From Hyphochytrium catenoides (lineage: Eukaryota; Protista; Hyphochytriomycota): a DNA stretch of 64,000 nt. The DNA is taken from contig FLMG01001544.1 of NCBI GenBank assembly GCA_900088475.1, positions 1 to 64,000 on the forward strand. The letters are read 5' to 3'. Below the pieces are notes generated by a model that saw only the letters and a program-made list of their open reading frames with translations, was not told the origin of the DNA and made no database searches. Positions within the stretch are counted from its first letter, which is position 1. Each line of letters starts with the position of its first letter. Both the position numbers and the translations under genes were made by a program. Positions 53,201 to 64,000 of the stretch are shown piece by piece.

Positions 53201-56200
53201 TGCCAGCTTGGACTCCGACTCTCTCACTCTTCCAAATTTCACCTCCAAAGTATCTAAATTGCTGCCAGAGGATGTCTTCTGCCCATTGTCTCCAATTTAA
53301 GATCTTTATATGACGGTGGATCGTTGGGTACGAAATATGTTTCTAGCCTCTCTGCAATGCGCCAGAACCATTGAATGTAGGCGTCTGATGATCTCAGTGT
53401 CCGTACAGATCCTCATTCAAGCGCTTTCCAAGCTGAATCCAGATGCCGTACTGTCACTGAGAGAAGCATATGCAGCCGAGTTCGGCCATATGTACACACA
53501 GCACGTCAAAGAGGTCTTTGATTTTCTGAAGCACCAGGTAATCTCAAATGGAAGGCAAAAGCCTTTTCGCATTGAGTGGAAGAGACACAAAGATACCTAA
53601 GAGCCTATTCTCGCCGTCCCACCTTGTTCTTAGGTATCTAAAGGCGAGAAGAAACCTTCAGCATTAGTCTCCTTACCTTCAGTAGGGCTCTCCGGTACTG
53701 CAATGGATGCTGGGAAAGCTGGACCAACCCAAAAATTGTCGGCTTCAGGAGCTCTAGAGAGTGGACTCAGAAAGGTAAAAGCGCACACATAGCAATGGGG
53801 GGTAAAAGTACATTAGGAGATACAGAGCTCTGTGCCTAAAGAGACCATAGACGAAAGACCCGAGCTGCGATTATGTGCAGCTTGGTTGCGAAGGGAAGAA
53901 GATCTTGATCTGTGATAGAACAAGATAGACCAATGCCATACATACCAAGAATTTGCTAACGAAGCTGCCACCTTGTGCCAGATCATCCCCTTATATATGA
54001 GGGAACAGGGATTCCTGCAAGACTTCTTCAATTTCGTGAGCCAAGAAAAGACGGTAAGCATCGTGGCGGCTCGTTCAACGGAAACAAGCGACATTTATGA
54101 AAGTAAAGGACCTTTAATCTTAGGATGGAGAATGGGAAAAGATGCGGCTAGGGGGAAAGAGAGGCAACTAGACATCTGGCAAGTTTGGAATACATTCAAA
54201 ACCTTGTCATCGCTAAATCGTTTACAGGATCTGGATGAGAGCCAAAAGCCAGAGCACCGTGATTCTTGGACAGCTTCCATCGTCTCCCAGCCCCAGCAGC
54301 TCGTTACGATGATGGAAAACCTCTTTCAAAAGTAAGTGTCCTTTGTTTTCTGGAAAAAGTGACGATCTCGCTCCGTGCTCACGAGAAGTTCCTACTTCTC
54401 TTACTCGTCTCATAACAGGATCTCCAAGCGCCTTTCTGAGTTTGCGGAACTAAGTGATTCCATGGACCACCTAGAAATCTTGCCGATGTTGACCTGCATA
54501 GACGAGCTCATAGCTGAAAACAAGGTAGGATGCGGCCAAAGATATGTCTATTGCAGAAAGAGAACTTTGTTGGAGACGGCGAAAGACTAGGGAAGGCTTT
54601 CTGGCAATGAGAGAGATAGAGAGACAGAGAGTGACTCACCACTCAAGCTAAGCTCTGGTAAATCTACAGAATAAGAGTGAACATCTGGCCAACGTGTTGG
54701 TAGCTTTCCAGCTCTCCCTTACTCGCATCCTCAACAAGTATATTGAAGAGCAGGTACTATGGAGCTAAGTTGTTTATGGATCTTTCCACCGCTGGTTACT
54801 TGTTCTCCATTCTCTTCTCAGACCTACATTTTGACGGCCATGCATGGCCTCTTTCTTCATATCGCAGGAGCAATGGATCGAATCCAACAAGCCTGATACA
54901 AAGCAGGCAGGAGTTCTTCTGCCTTTTCACAAGTTCCCGGTAGGGTAGCCTTATAGTGCTCATGACTCTTCCAGGTCCCCCTGTTCACCACTTTCATGTT
55001 CTGTGATTGGAGGACCAGAAGAGATGAGATTCGCGGAAGAGATTCACTTGGCAAGTCCAATGTGACTTCTCTGTTAGAGGCTATACCCCCATCTAACCTG
55101 AGCCCTGCACTGGTTTCTCGTTCAGTATCTCTAAATTATCTTATGTTATTCGTCCTCTCTTCGCTCGTTTTTGGACACCCATTCCCCTAGGCCTTGGTAG
55201 ATCGAATCGAGAGTAAGATGAATGGGAAAGGCGCGGAAGTCTCCGCCACTGTATATCAGCGACTCGCTCCTTGTTGCTTCCAATGGCTCGAGAAGACGGC
55301 GTCCGGAAAACCGAAGTACCAAGATATTGTGCTGCTAGGTAAGTAGCTCCAGAGAGATGGAAGGCGGAAGCGCAATAAAGAAGGATCTGATGCCAGTGAC
55401 GACAAATGTGAGAGTGAAAGTTTTGGGACGGATGACGCAAACGACTAAGCAACATCGTACATGAAGACAGACCAGCGGTAGTCCGCAGCTCCTAACCCAC
55501 GGACAACGATTAATTCTGTAGCCTATAAGTTGATGACGATTAGGGAACCGGACGAGCAGCTAGAAAGGCTTCGTTGACCCCTCTGTCCGTAGAGAATTAT
55601 TACTTCTTTGCTGAGACCGTGGGCAGAAGGAATGTCCTTTCGCTTCGGCCGTTTGTGGACCAGGCGCGACAACTACATGAGGAGGCATCGATTCGATACT
55701 GCAAGTGGATAGTCCAGTGTCAATTCGAGAAAATGATGGTAAGAGCAAAGGTGCTGATATCGAGAAGTTGCACAGTGTATCAAACCTAAGTGGAGTGCGA
55801 AAGGTCCACCTAGAAAAGCCATGCAACAATTGGGCGAGCCGTAGATTATAGGGTGGTCACGAAGATAAAGTAAGGTAGTTCTCAATCCCAAGCTGTTTTA
55901 GCTGGGTCGCGTTTTAGCTGGGTCGCGTCCAGCTGCTCTTCTCAGAGGTAATAGAGCGGAGCAATTGAAGAAGGAATGTGTAGGATGCGTTAAGCAAAAA
56001 GAAATTGAGCACATAACCTTATTACTTCACCCAGCAATTCTTCAGCGAAGTGGAGGCCAATCTCAAAACAATGCGACCATCTGAGATCTCTATTCACCAT
56101 AAGAGACAAGACTTGCTCAAGATCGTCGACACCAATAAGAAGACGGTGAGGAGAGCGTGGAGAGGAAACTCCTCTTTATCATGTGTAACCACACTCTTAT

Positions 56201-56811
56201 GCTCGACAACTTAGGACTTCATATTTGTCTTTCTACCTCTCGCCCACGCCGTGGTGTTTTCGGCTCATGTCATCTGCCCATTCTGCTAATAACGGCTCTT
56301 CAATTAGCTCAGCTCTCCTTTTGTCACTGGAATTTGAAAGACTTGCATTGTAGTTAGCTTCTTACCCAATAAACCTAAAACGCCTCTTTGAATCTTCTCT
56401 AGATGGAAAAAAGCATGAATATGATGTATGAACGATGTCAGAAGCACCTTTGTAAGGAGGCAGCACTCCTTCCCCTTATCTGGAAGCAAGTAGCGGTAGG
56501 TTGACCATAGGCCAGCTGTCCCTATCTGGTTTCTTCTATTGGTCGTCGACTGTGAACCCCTCCTTCCTTCTATCTTTTCTTTGTTGCCCCATCTGCTTAC
56601 GCCCTGAAATCTTAGCTGCCGGGTTGCCTCTGTGGCTTTCCTCTGCAGCTTGGCCCTCTACTAACGCCTCAAAACTCCTCTTCACCCTCATCAGGAGCTA
56701 TGGGCAAAAACGTACGCAAGATTTAACGAGATTTCTCTGCAGTGCTACGAGACGGCACTACAGCCCAGTCCCGATGAAGTCGCGCGTCTATGTCGACTTA
56801 GTAAAGAATAG
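50256..56811 (+). CDS. EXOC1: Exocyst subunit Sec3/EXOC1, many exons; start uncertain, one exon boundary lost in an N gap
   Basis: N-terminal PIP2-binding PH-like region (FNVRRSFPLSDLVKVEG..FTLTFEK..YRWAA..EEILWCL), coiled coil MEIWLGGY..IQGLNNKLEVQSRNQRLLEKEL, REQGFLQDFF, VENYYFF, C-terminal ISLQCY. Confidence 0.85.
52158..52190. other. Assembly gap (N run) within the Sec3 gene
   Basis: 33 N characters immediately before coding-like QSMEIWL. Confidence 0.99.
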
Positions 56812-57282
56812 TTGACTCTTCTTTAATTGTAAACGGTGACTGCTGCTGCATATCATCACTACCGTGCTTCCCTTCCGTTTTCCCTCTGTCACGTCAGCAA
56901 TGCCAACCATCTTCTACCAAAGTATCTTTATTCCATTTAATGGGTGTTGCAGCTACTCTGGCAGTGATGCGCCATATCATAAATTAGTTCATAGCAACAA
57001 AATGAGGAGATGAAAATAGCTATGAGCAATGAAGAAGCTGCCCTTTCCTGTTCACAGAATGAAAGGCCCTTGCCCCTGTGACAAGTAGGATATATGGTGA
57101 AGAAGAATGGAAAAGCAAAGTCTACTCAATGCGGAACGTGCTGGTAAACGGAGTAGATCTGCTGGTGAGGTACACCAGGTAGACAACCCTAGAGTGCCCG
57201 GTAAGACCTCTGTAACATTCGGTTACATACCCGCGTGCCCACAGCCGCGCTGATGGAAGGCGCCAGCACACAACTTAGCTAT

Positions 57283-60200
57283 CTAGGGATCTATCGCTAG
57301 CATGAGGATAGGAGAAGTCCTCGGTACCTCTGAGGCCTCAGCAGAGAGTCCAGCAGGTCGGTCAGCCTGCGTGCCGGAGGTTGACACATCGGAAGCGAGT
57401 GTCAAAGGAGACCGCAACCTATATCCAGCAAGGAAGTGACTTCCACTGCTCCCTCCTTGTTGGGCGCCGATGACAGCTATCCAATACAGGACCTCAGTCT
57501 TTGAGGTACCAATTTCGAAGTGTTGCAATGGAAGGGTCTTTTGCCAGGCCTCAGTCGCATTGCGTTTCGCCAACAGCACGTTGAGATATGGCAACCACTC
57601 GCTCGTCTGGCCTCGCTTCTCGATAGAATTGGTAAGCAGGGTGTACTCTTCCTCTACAAAGCCAGAATCTAGCACCTCTAACGCAATCGGAGAGAATGGA
57701 ATCAAGTTGGAGAGATGCACCGCCCATTTTGACTCACGAGAGCTATTCCTATGAGCGTAAACTCGAGTTGTTCCTACAGTTCCGGCCAGCCTTGCTGATT
57801 CGAAAACTCGCTCATAGATATCCTGGCCGGGCCTCATCTGCCAGTAGAGTTTGGCTGCATTGGCTTCCAAGGTGAACAATAATCTCCCTGTCTTCGAAAT
57901 ATGATCATCGGAGAGTACATGGCCTATCAGCGCGACACTGTAATAGGCGTGCAGGGCTTCCCCTATCCTGTCCTGCCATTTCCCGTTACCATCATCCAGC
58001 TGATGAATACCTGAGGACCAAGAATGGAAGTCGAACCAGGAGAAGTGCCGAGTGGTTGGGAAGAAGGGATCAAGGGGTGACGGATTGGCTATGTCTCGCA
58101 CAAGGGATAGGATGGCGCCCTTATGTTCATGGAGGAATTCTGTATTGAACCGACTGACAACCGCAGCCGCAAAGAGAACATAACCATACTGGAAGTGCTG
58201 TAGATCAAACGATGCGCGACGTTAGTTTGAACTGCCGGGAATGCCGTCTGATGAAAACGCAGGACAGATCTTGTCAGGGGAACCAATTAGGGGAAGAGAA
58301 CAGACCCGGTATAATTTGGGCCCCTACAGTTATATAAGGTCGGGTGATGAGATGGATAACTTTGAACGAGCGAGGCAATGGGACAAGAGTGTCATACGAG
58401 ACAAGAGGACTAAGTAGAAGACGAGCAAAGGAGGGCTTACATGATCATTGTACCAGCCGTTCCCTCCATCTCTCATGTCTCGTATCGCACGTGTAGTCTT
58501 TGTGCCTTGTGTGGTGCAGATACCTCCCCACACTATATCGTACACGAAGGTATTAGATGACCCGAGCCACTTGGACAGAACGCTCTCCACAGGAAGTAGG
58601 ATTCTGTCTCTCTCTTTGTAGCTCCCTATTTTCTCTGCGACTAGGGCAATACGTGCTTGCCGGGCAAGCTGCCGAGCTACATCATAGAGGTCAGACTTGG
58701 ATCTGGCATGGCGAGGGTATGGGACATAATCGTCAATTGGTAGTTCCTTGTCAAGCTCGAGGGCAGCACGAAGTCCTTCCTTCCTGGAGAAAGAACGAAA
58801 CAGTGACATAGCGCGACGTTAGAAACGGCCACCATAAATAACGAGGTGATGATTAGTGACCCCGTCGAAGGGAAACAAGCTTTCCCCAGAGAGGAGTGGT
58901 TGTAAGCTAGAGATAGAGCATCAGAGTGGAATAACAAAAGCAAGACACTGACCTGTAACCATCTATCTCCTCCAAAGTAGACCATGTTGGGAACATGAGC
59001 TTGATGTTGAACTCCCAAGTGTCCCCAAGAACTGCCGTCATATTTCCCTTTAAACAGCGATGACCAAGTGCAGCCAAGACTCTAGGAGCTGCTGACGGCT
59101 GGTTGAAGTTATCATAGTGGTGGGGCATTGCTAGCATCAACAAATCTCCAACTCCTCTTACGGTGTACTCGAATCGCACTCTAGCATAGGTCTGGCCATT
59201 GTCCTCATAGTAGCCAGTGAGGAGCTTCCCCTTACTAGGGTAGGCATTGGAATACGTATCCAGCACACGTATTGCTCTACGCCTTTGCTCCACGGTGGAG
59301 CAATGAGGGACCACCGCAGCTCTGAGTATCCCGTCATAATAGAGGTGAGTCTGCAAGAAATATAGGTCGCCTTCTTCTCCCGAACCTACTTCTCTTCCGA
59401 CTAGAAGGTTAATCTGCCTATGTGTGTACAGCAGCCAGGTCTGACCGTTATCCAGGGCTATCTCAAATCTCATTCCATGCAAATGCACTTCTGAGTCAGA
59501 GAGATTCCGGATATCATGGCCGTTAACTGTTAGAAAGCGAGAATGGGAGGAAATTCTAGGCGTTGCCCGATGGTACTTGACGGTAATGTAGGGAGAGCCG
59601 CGGACCAGGTGGACGCGAAGAATGCCCGGTCCCAATAGCCCATTGTCGTGGGTGGTAAACTTAAGGTTGGTGGAAAGATGAGCCATCGCATAAACCCGCC
59701 GTTTCTTTATCCGTTCTATAGATCCCACCACTAGATCGCCGCTAAACTGTTCTATAACAGATTCGGAGGTAGCCACCCGCCGTGTGTTACCATAAGAGAC
59801 TTGAAGTCCATTATTGGTACACCTAACAGAGTAGGGAGACACAGTGACTTCGCCTAGACCTACAGTCGACAGAAGAAAGAGACATTAAGAAGCCAAATAA
59901 CTTGGAAAGAATATCACCTCTGCGAAAGTAGGATAACAGTAGTGACGATAGCCCAGCCAGTGGGCTGGGGGAACATATCCGAACGGGCAGAGGAGCAGCA
60001 AATGTAGCGTACGGGAAAGGATACCGTCCTGGAGTGACAAGGCAGTAATGCTGGGAGATAAGTTCAGCAGAAGGAGAACTTAAGAAAGGGGAGTGAAAGA
60101 CGGAGAGATAAGACAAAGGCCCACGGTCACAATAGGTTCTTGCGCTTGAGAGGAGGCAGGTCTTCCCTGCTTCCCAGGCTTACCCGCGTTGGATCCATCC

Positions 60201-61019
60201 ACCTGAGCGACAATGAAGTTGTTCCACCACATGTTGGTTGGAATGGGAATGGAGGAGCGAATCAGATTCGTGTTTCCTTCCAGGAATTGTGGCAGAACAC
60301 GATTCTCTACCACGTGGAAGGGAGGGCGGGCTGTGCTGATTGCCTTGTTCGTATGACTGAAGTCTGCGGTGGGAGGGTGTGGCGATGTGGGAAGTGGACA
60401 AGACGTGAGGTGTTGGAAGGAGAGGGTTCTCGCAAAAAGCCAGAATTATCAAAAATGGCGCATCAATATATCAACAGCATAGGACTCCGCCCATTGTTAA
60501 GGAAGACGCACTCGGACTCGGCACAATGGCAATGGCGGAGGCGATGGCGAGGCCTGGACCACGTTGTGTGCGATTGCTCTCTACAATCGTCAACGCCAGA
60601 CTTACCACTGCGTACGGAGATGGTATAGACCACAAGAGCCACAGAAAAGACAGCCGCTATTACACTGGAAATGATGATCAGGAAGGGTTTCCGTCGGTAA
60701 AGGATCACCTGAGATAAGTGGGCGGAGGTTGTGCGGATCACGTAAAGGAGAAAGAGGTTAGACAATGCGGATATGTTTCCAAGGGAGAGGAGCAAGGAAG
60801 GTAACGCTGAAGGGTCTAACGGGAGCTCATAATGGGTATTCGTTTGCCAAGGTAATAAAGTTTTTGTCAGGATCGTACAGGATCGTCAGCATCTTGGCTC
60901 GCCTCACTATCTCGTCCGGACAGCAAGGGTTGGATTTCCGTCATAAACTCTGGAGCAGGCGCGAATGTGACAGTCTTCCTCCTCTCCGCAGCCGGCGGCA
61001 CTGAAGTACCCTCAGTCAT
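57283..61019 (-). CDS. GH81 endo-beta-1,3-glucanase-like protein, type II membrane topology; multi-exon, 3' end uncertain
   Basis: IPTNMWWNNF, LVRGSPYITV, LAMPHH, LKGNMTAV, FVYDIVWGG, GNGWYNDH|HFQYGY, LVRDIANP..DPFFPTTRHFSWFDFHSWSSG; hydrophobic FLIIISSVIAAVFSVALVVYTI near the N-terminus. Confidence 0.9.
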
Positions 61020-61816
61020 CTTGGGATATGCAGCCAACTGACTGGACAAAGCTCCTGCAGACTATCCTAGCTCATCGCGAGATAGTGGCTTGCCCACCTT
61101 TGGGCAAGGGAACTTTCAAGCTGTTGACACTAGTATAGGGAGCCTTTGGAAGCAAGGAGCAATGGATATCGTGCTTCCAAAGTACAACAAGCAGATGGCA
61201 GCACTTCCCTAGCAGTGCTCTCCTTCCACGCACTCCAGCTCAAGCAAAAGCTACAGCGGGGGTCGGATACCCACGCGACTTCCTCTTGGGAGCTGATGCT
61301 CCACCCTCACTGTCTCCGTGGGCCTCCTTCTTGGCACATATTGTCCTTCTTCGGCAGTAGCTGTCCGCATACTATTGCCTATCTGCATCTTCATATCATG
61401 AAGAGACAGACTTCCAGATGCCAAGCTCCAGCAAAGGAAAGATCATCATGAGGAAGATGCAAAAACCTGCTGAGGTTGACCCTGCCAAATGAAGAATCAT
61501 CTAGAAGAATCAACATGTTGATTAATCACTGAGCTGAGGAGAAGTTCAAAGCAGCAAGCCAGCAGCTGTCGCTCTTCTTGAAGGAAACTGTCAGTTTGGT
61601 GCTTTCTCGAGGGAGCGATGATGCGGCGATGGCCTCTAGACTAGTTCTTTATGGGCCTCAGCAAGTCAGCAAGCTCTGAGGACAGTTTCTGCTCGAGATA
61701 TAAGGGTCTTGCAGCTGCATCAAGGCAGCCGGCTCTCGGTGATACCCTGTAGACAATCTACTTCTGTTCATCAAAGGCTGATTAGGCTGAGTGAGCACTA
61801 TGCACAGCTCGAATAT

Positions 61817-62301
61817 AGGGCATCGATGTGCGCTAGTAGTATGGGGCACGGATGGCGCTAGAGCCTCTGTTGCGAGGAAGCAACAGTAACTGAGGGTTCT
61901 GATTGCACAAGGCACAATGGTGGGTACTGGATGCAAGGCGAGACTAGGGACATAGAAGCATAATATACTGTTTATCGGTAGAAACGGAAAGGCTCAGTGG
62001 AGCTTTCATCACCGAAAGGGAGTGCTTGGTAATTACTTCTGGGTGACCCCCAAGCGAGTCTGTCTTGGTTCGATGAGGGAAGCCGATAACGGGGAAGGCC
62101 TCAACGCTCAATCATACCCTTAACTCTTCCAGCCAGCGGTCCCAACCCGTTGGAGTGATGCCTGGACCCTTGCTTCCCTCCTGTCATAAATCCAACTAGG
62201 GTGGCGAAGACCGAGTATGGCTCTGGTCCGCCACCCCTGACAGTCCTAAGTAGGGGTCCCATCAGTTATACGCATCCGTGAGCTCACGTCGATCATGCCT
62301 A
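61817..62301 (+). ncRNA. Candidate structured non-coding RNA (identity unknown) or fold-back element
   Basis: Nested helices found by eye: 61822-30/62285-93, 61847-54/62273-80, 61887-93/62262-68, 61867-73/61880-86, 61972-79/62082-89, 62024-29/62050-55, 62164-75/62248-59, 62181-86/62238-43, 62199-206/62229-36; the non-Watson-Crick positions are G-U on the + strand. No convincing ORF. Confidence 0.45.
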
Positions 62302-62302
62302 A

Positions 62303-63880
62303 CTAGTTAGGCACGTCACCCGTGGAACCCTGACGAGGCATCACCGGGCCTGGCAAGGAGATCGGCGTCTCCACTCCAAAGCGTGCAACCTCTATCTCCT
62401 TCGGCTTGATAGTTGACTCTCTCTTTTTGTGCGGCCCCTTCGATGGAGATGGTGGACCTCGCGCTTGATCCAATAAGACCTCCAACTGCCTCACAATCTC
62501 GGTGAAAGGCAATCTCTCATTCCATTCTGGCTTCCAGGTATTCTGGAACAGGCTCTTCAAATCATCGGGCCAGGTGTCGACCAGGGGAGGCCGAAGATTG
62601 TGCTGAGTCACGCCTGCAACCACTTCCATCACTGTGAGCTCCTGGAAGGGTTCTGACCAAGTCATCACTTCCCATAGGATGATAGAAAAGGAGAAGATGT
62701 CACACCCGTACTGGTATCGTTGACCCGTAAGAACCTAGGCAATGCAACGGCGGAAGGTCAAACAATAAAGAGGGAAGGTGTCAGCTGAGCGTAAAGTGAC
62801 GCTTCACGAATTGCTTGGATACAAAGGGAATATGAAGTAAACAGAGATGACCAGCGCGGCTTAACACGACAAACAGGGAGACAGAAAACCTCTCACGTCT
62901 CTTCGTGGGCTCTGTCTGAAGAATTCTCGGACTCACCTCTGGAGCACACCACAGGGGACTGCCGCACTGCGTCATAGTCTTCGTCGAGTCTGTGATGCGG
63001 CTCATGCCGAAGTCCCCAACTTTGGCCGTTAGATCTCTTTTAAGCCAGACATTCTGACATAGCAAGAAGGTGTGAGGACTAAGAGCTTTTTGCCTCTACT
63101 ATATTTCTTATCGGCGTCTGCTCTCGAGATTTCTCCGCTATGAGTGTGACCTCTGCCAGACGGGATCCTCTCCAGTTATCTTTCCCCTACCTTCTTTCTC
63201 GCCTGCCCGTACCTGCACCGGCCCAAACCCTTATCATCATCGCCCCGTTCACTTACCTGGCTCTTCAGATCCCTATGGATGATTTCCTTCTGATGAAGGT
63301 ATTTCATTCCCTTTGCGATATCCAGCCCTATACTGAGTCCCTTCATGTAGTGGTCTGGCTGAGGTCTCATCTGAGTATGATAAAAGTCCCACAGGCTGCC
63401 ACCTTCCATCAGCTCTGTAGCAATAAGAAGCTTTGGTGGCTGTTCCAGGCTGCCAATAAGGGCTACTAGATTTGGATGGTCTAACTGTCTCATGATATTG
63501 ACCTATAGGGAAGGAAAGGAGATGGCCAATCAGACCAAGGAAGCAATTGTTAGTAAGGACTTCGAAAAAGGGAGACCTAAGGTATCCAAATTAAAGGCAG
63601 ACGACAAGGGCGGGGCGAACGAGACATCTCTACAAGGTTAGGTACTGACAAGAAAGATTGTCAACGGGTGTCATAGATCACCGGCAAAAATAGGGAATAC
63701 AAGGAAGAGATAGATAGCGTAGGCGGAAGAGGAAGAGGGATATGAGTAGGTCGAAATTCTTTATACGCCTGTTACCTCCTTATGGAACTCGTCCAGAATT
63801 TCTGTCTTCACTCCGTCAACAAAGAGCTGCTTCACAGCAACCTTAATCTGACCTTGGTAGATGCCCTCAAAGACAGTGCC
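62303..63880 (-). CDS. TKL-group (Raf/MAP3K-like) protein kinase, 5'-partial (continues beyond window)
   Basis: GTVFEG..VAVKQL..EFHKE|V..LDHPNLV..IIHRDLKSQ|NV..KVGDFGMSR..CGSPLWCAPE|..CDIFSFSIILWE..NLRP..RLPF. Confidence 0.93.
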
Positions 63881-64000
63881 TGACAACGCATCAAGAGGAA
63901 GGTGATGACTCGATACTAACACCGGGAGAAGAGGAAGATGACTGTTGTGGCAGAACAAGATTGAACTAGAGATAGAGAGGGGAAATGGCACACAACTTCA

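Noticed and set aside
62110-62140. TPP riboswitch (ATACCC...CCAGCG resemblance)
   Set aside because: The conserved CUGAGA and CCUGAU elements are missing, and no thiamine gene is adjacent.
61930-62290. RNase P or RNase MRP RNA (AGAAA, AGTTA and GAGACTAGGG look-alikes)
   Set aside because: No convincing CR-I/CR-V P4 helix with the bulged U could be built; not fully excluded without Infernal.

Overview
Gene-dense, intron-rich eukaryotic nuclear DNA of roughly even GC content, with GT-AG introns, frequent CT(A/G)A(C/T) branch sites, (CT)n/(GA)n microsatellites and two assembly gaps. The source is probably a protist; a stramenopile/SAR affinity is suggested by gene architectures only and is weakly supported. 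I can reconstruct about 19 protein-coding genes by hand-splicing: RraA/HMG-aldolase, p300/CBP-like acetyltransferase, ASCH protein, HAD phosphatase, UCP-like carrier, GSTCD-like methyltransferase, organellar HisRS, mevalonate kinase, an F-box protein, S10 carboxypeptidase, ankyrin-RING, CNOT10, UBL-SWIM-RING, CstF-64, PI4KIIIbeta, a dual-specificity phosphatase, Sec3, a GH81 glucanase and a 5'-partial TKL kinase. No rRNA, tRNA, CRISPR or transposase was recognised. The most unusual observations are: (1) an F-box/LRR-like protein ending in what looks like an isolated retinoblastoma pocket-B domain with the LxCxE-cleft residues intact; (2) an unannotated, extensively base-paired element of about 485 nt (61817-62301) that folds best on the + strand and has a possible telomerase-RNA-like layout; (3) a PI4KIIIbeta with an N-terminal 4-TM MENTAL/TMD0-like module; (4) a membrane-anchored GH81 with a dileucine sorting signal and an altered catalytic ExxxE motif. 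All exon boundaries and family assignments were made by eye, without database searches.
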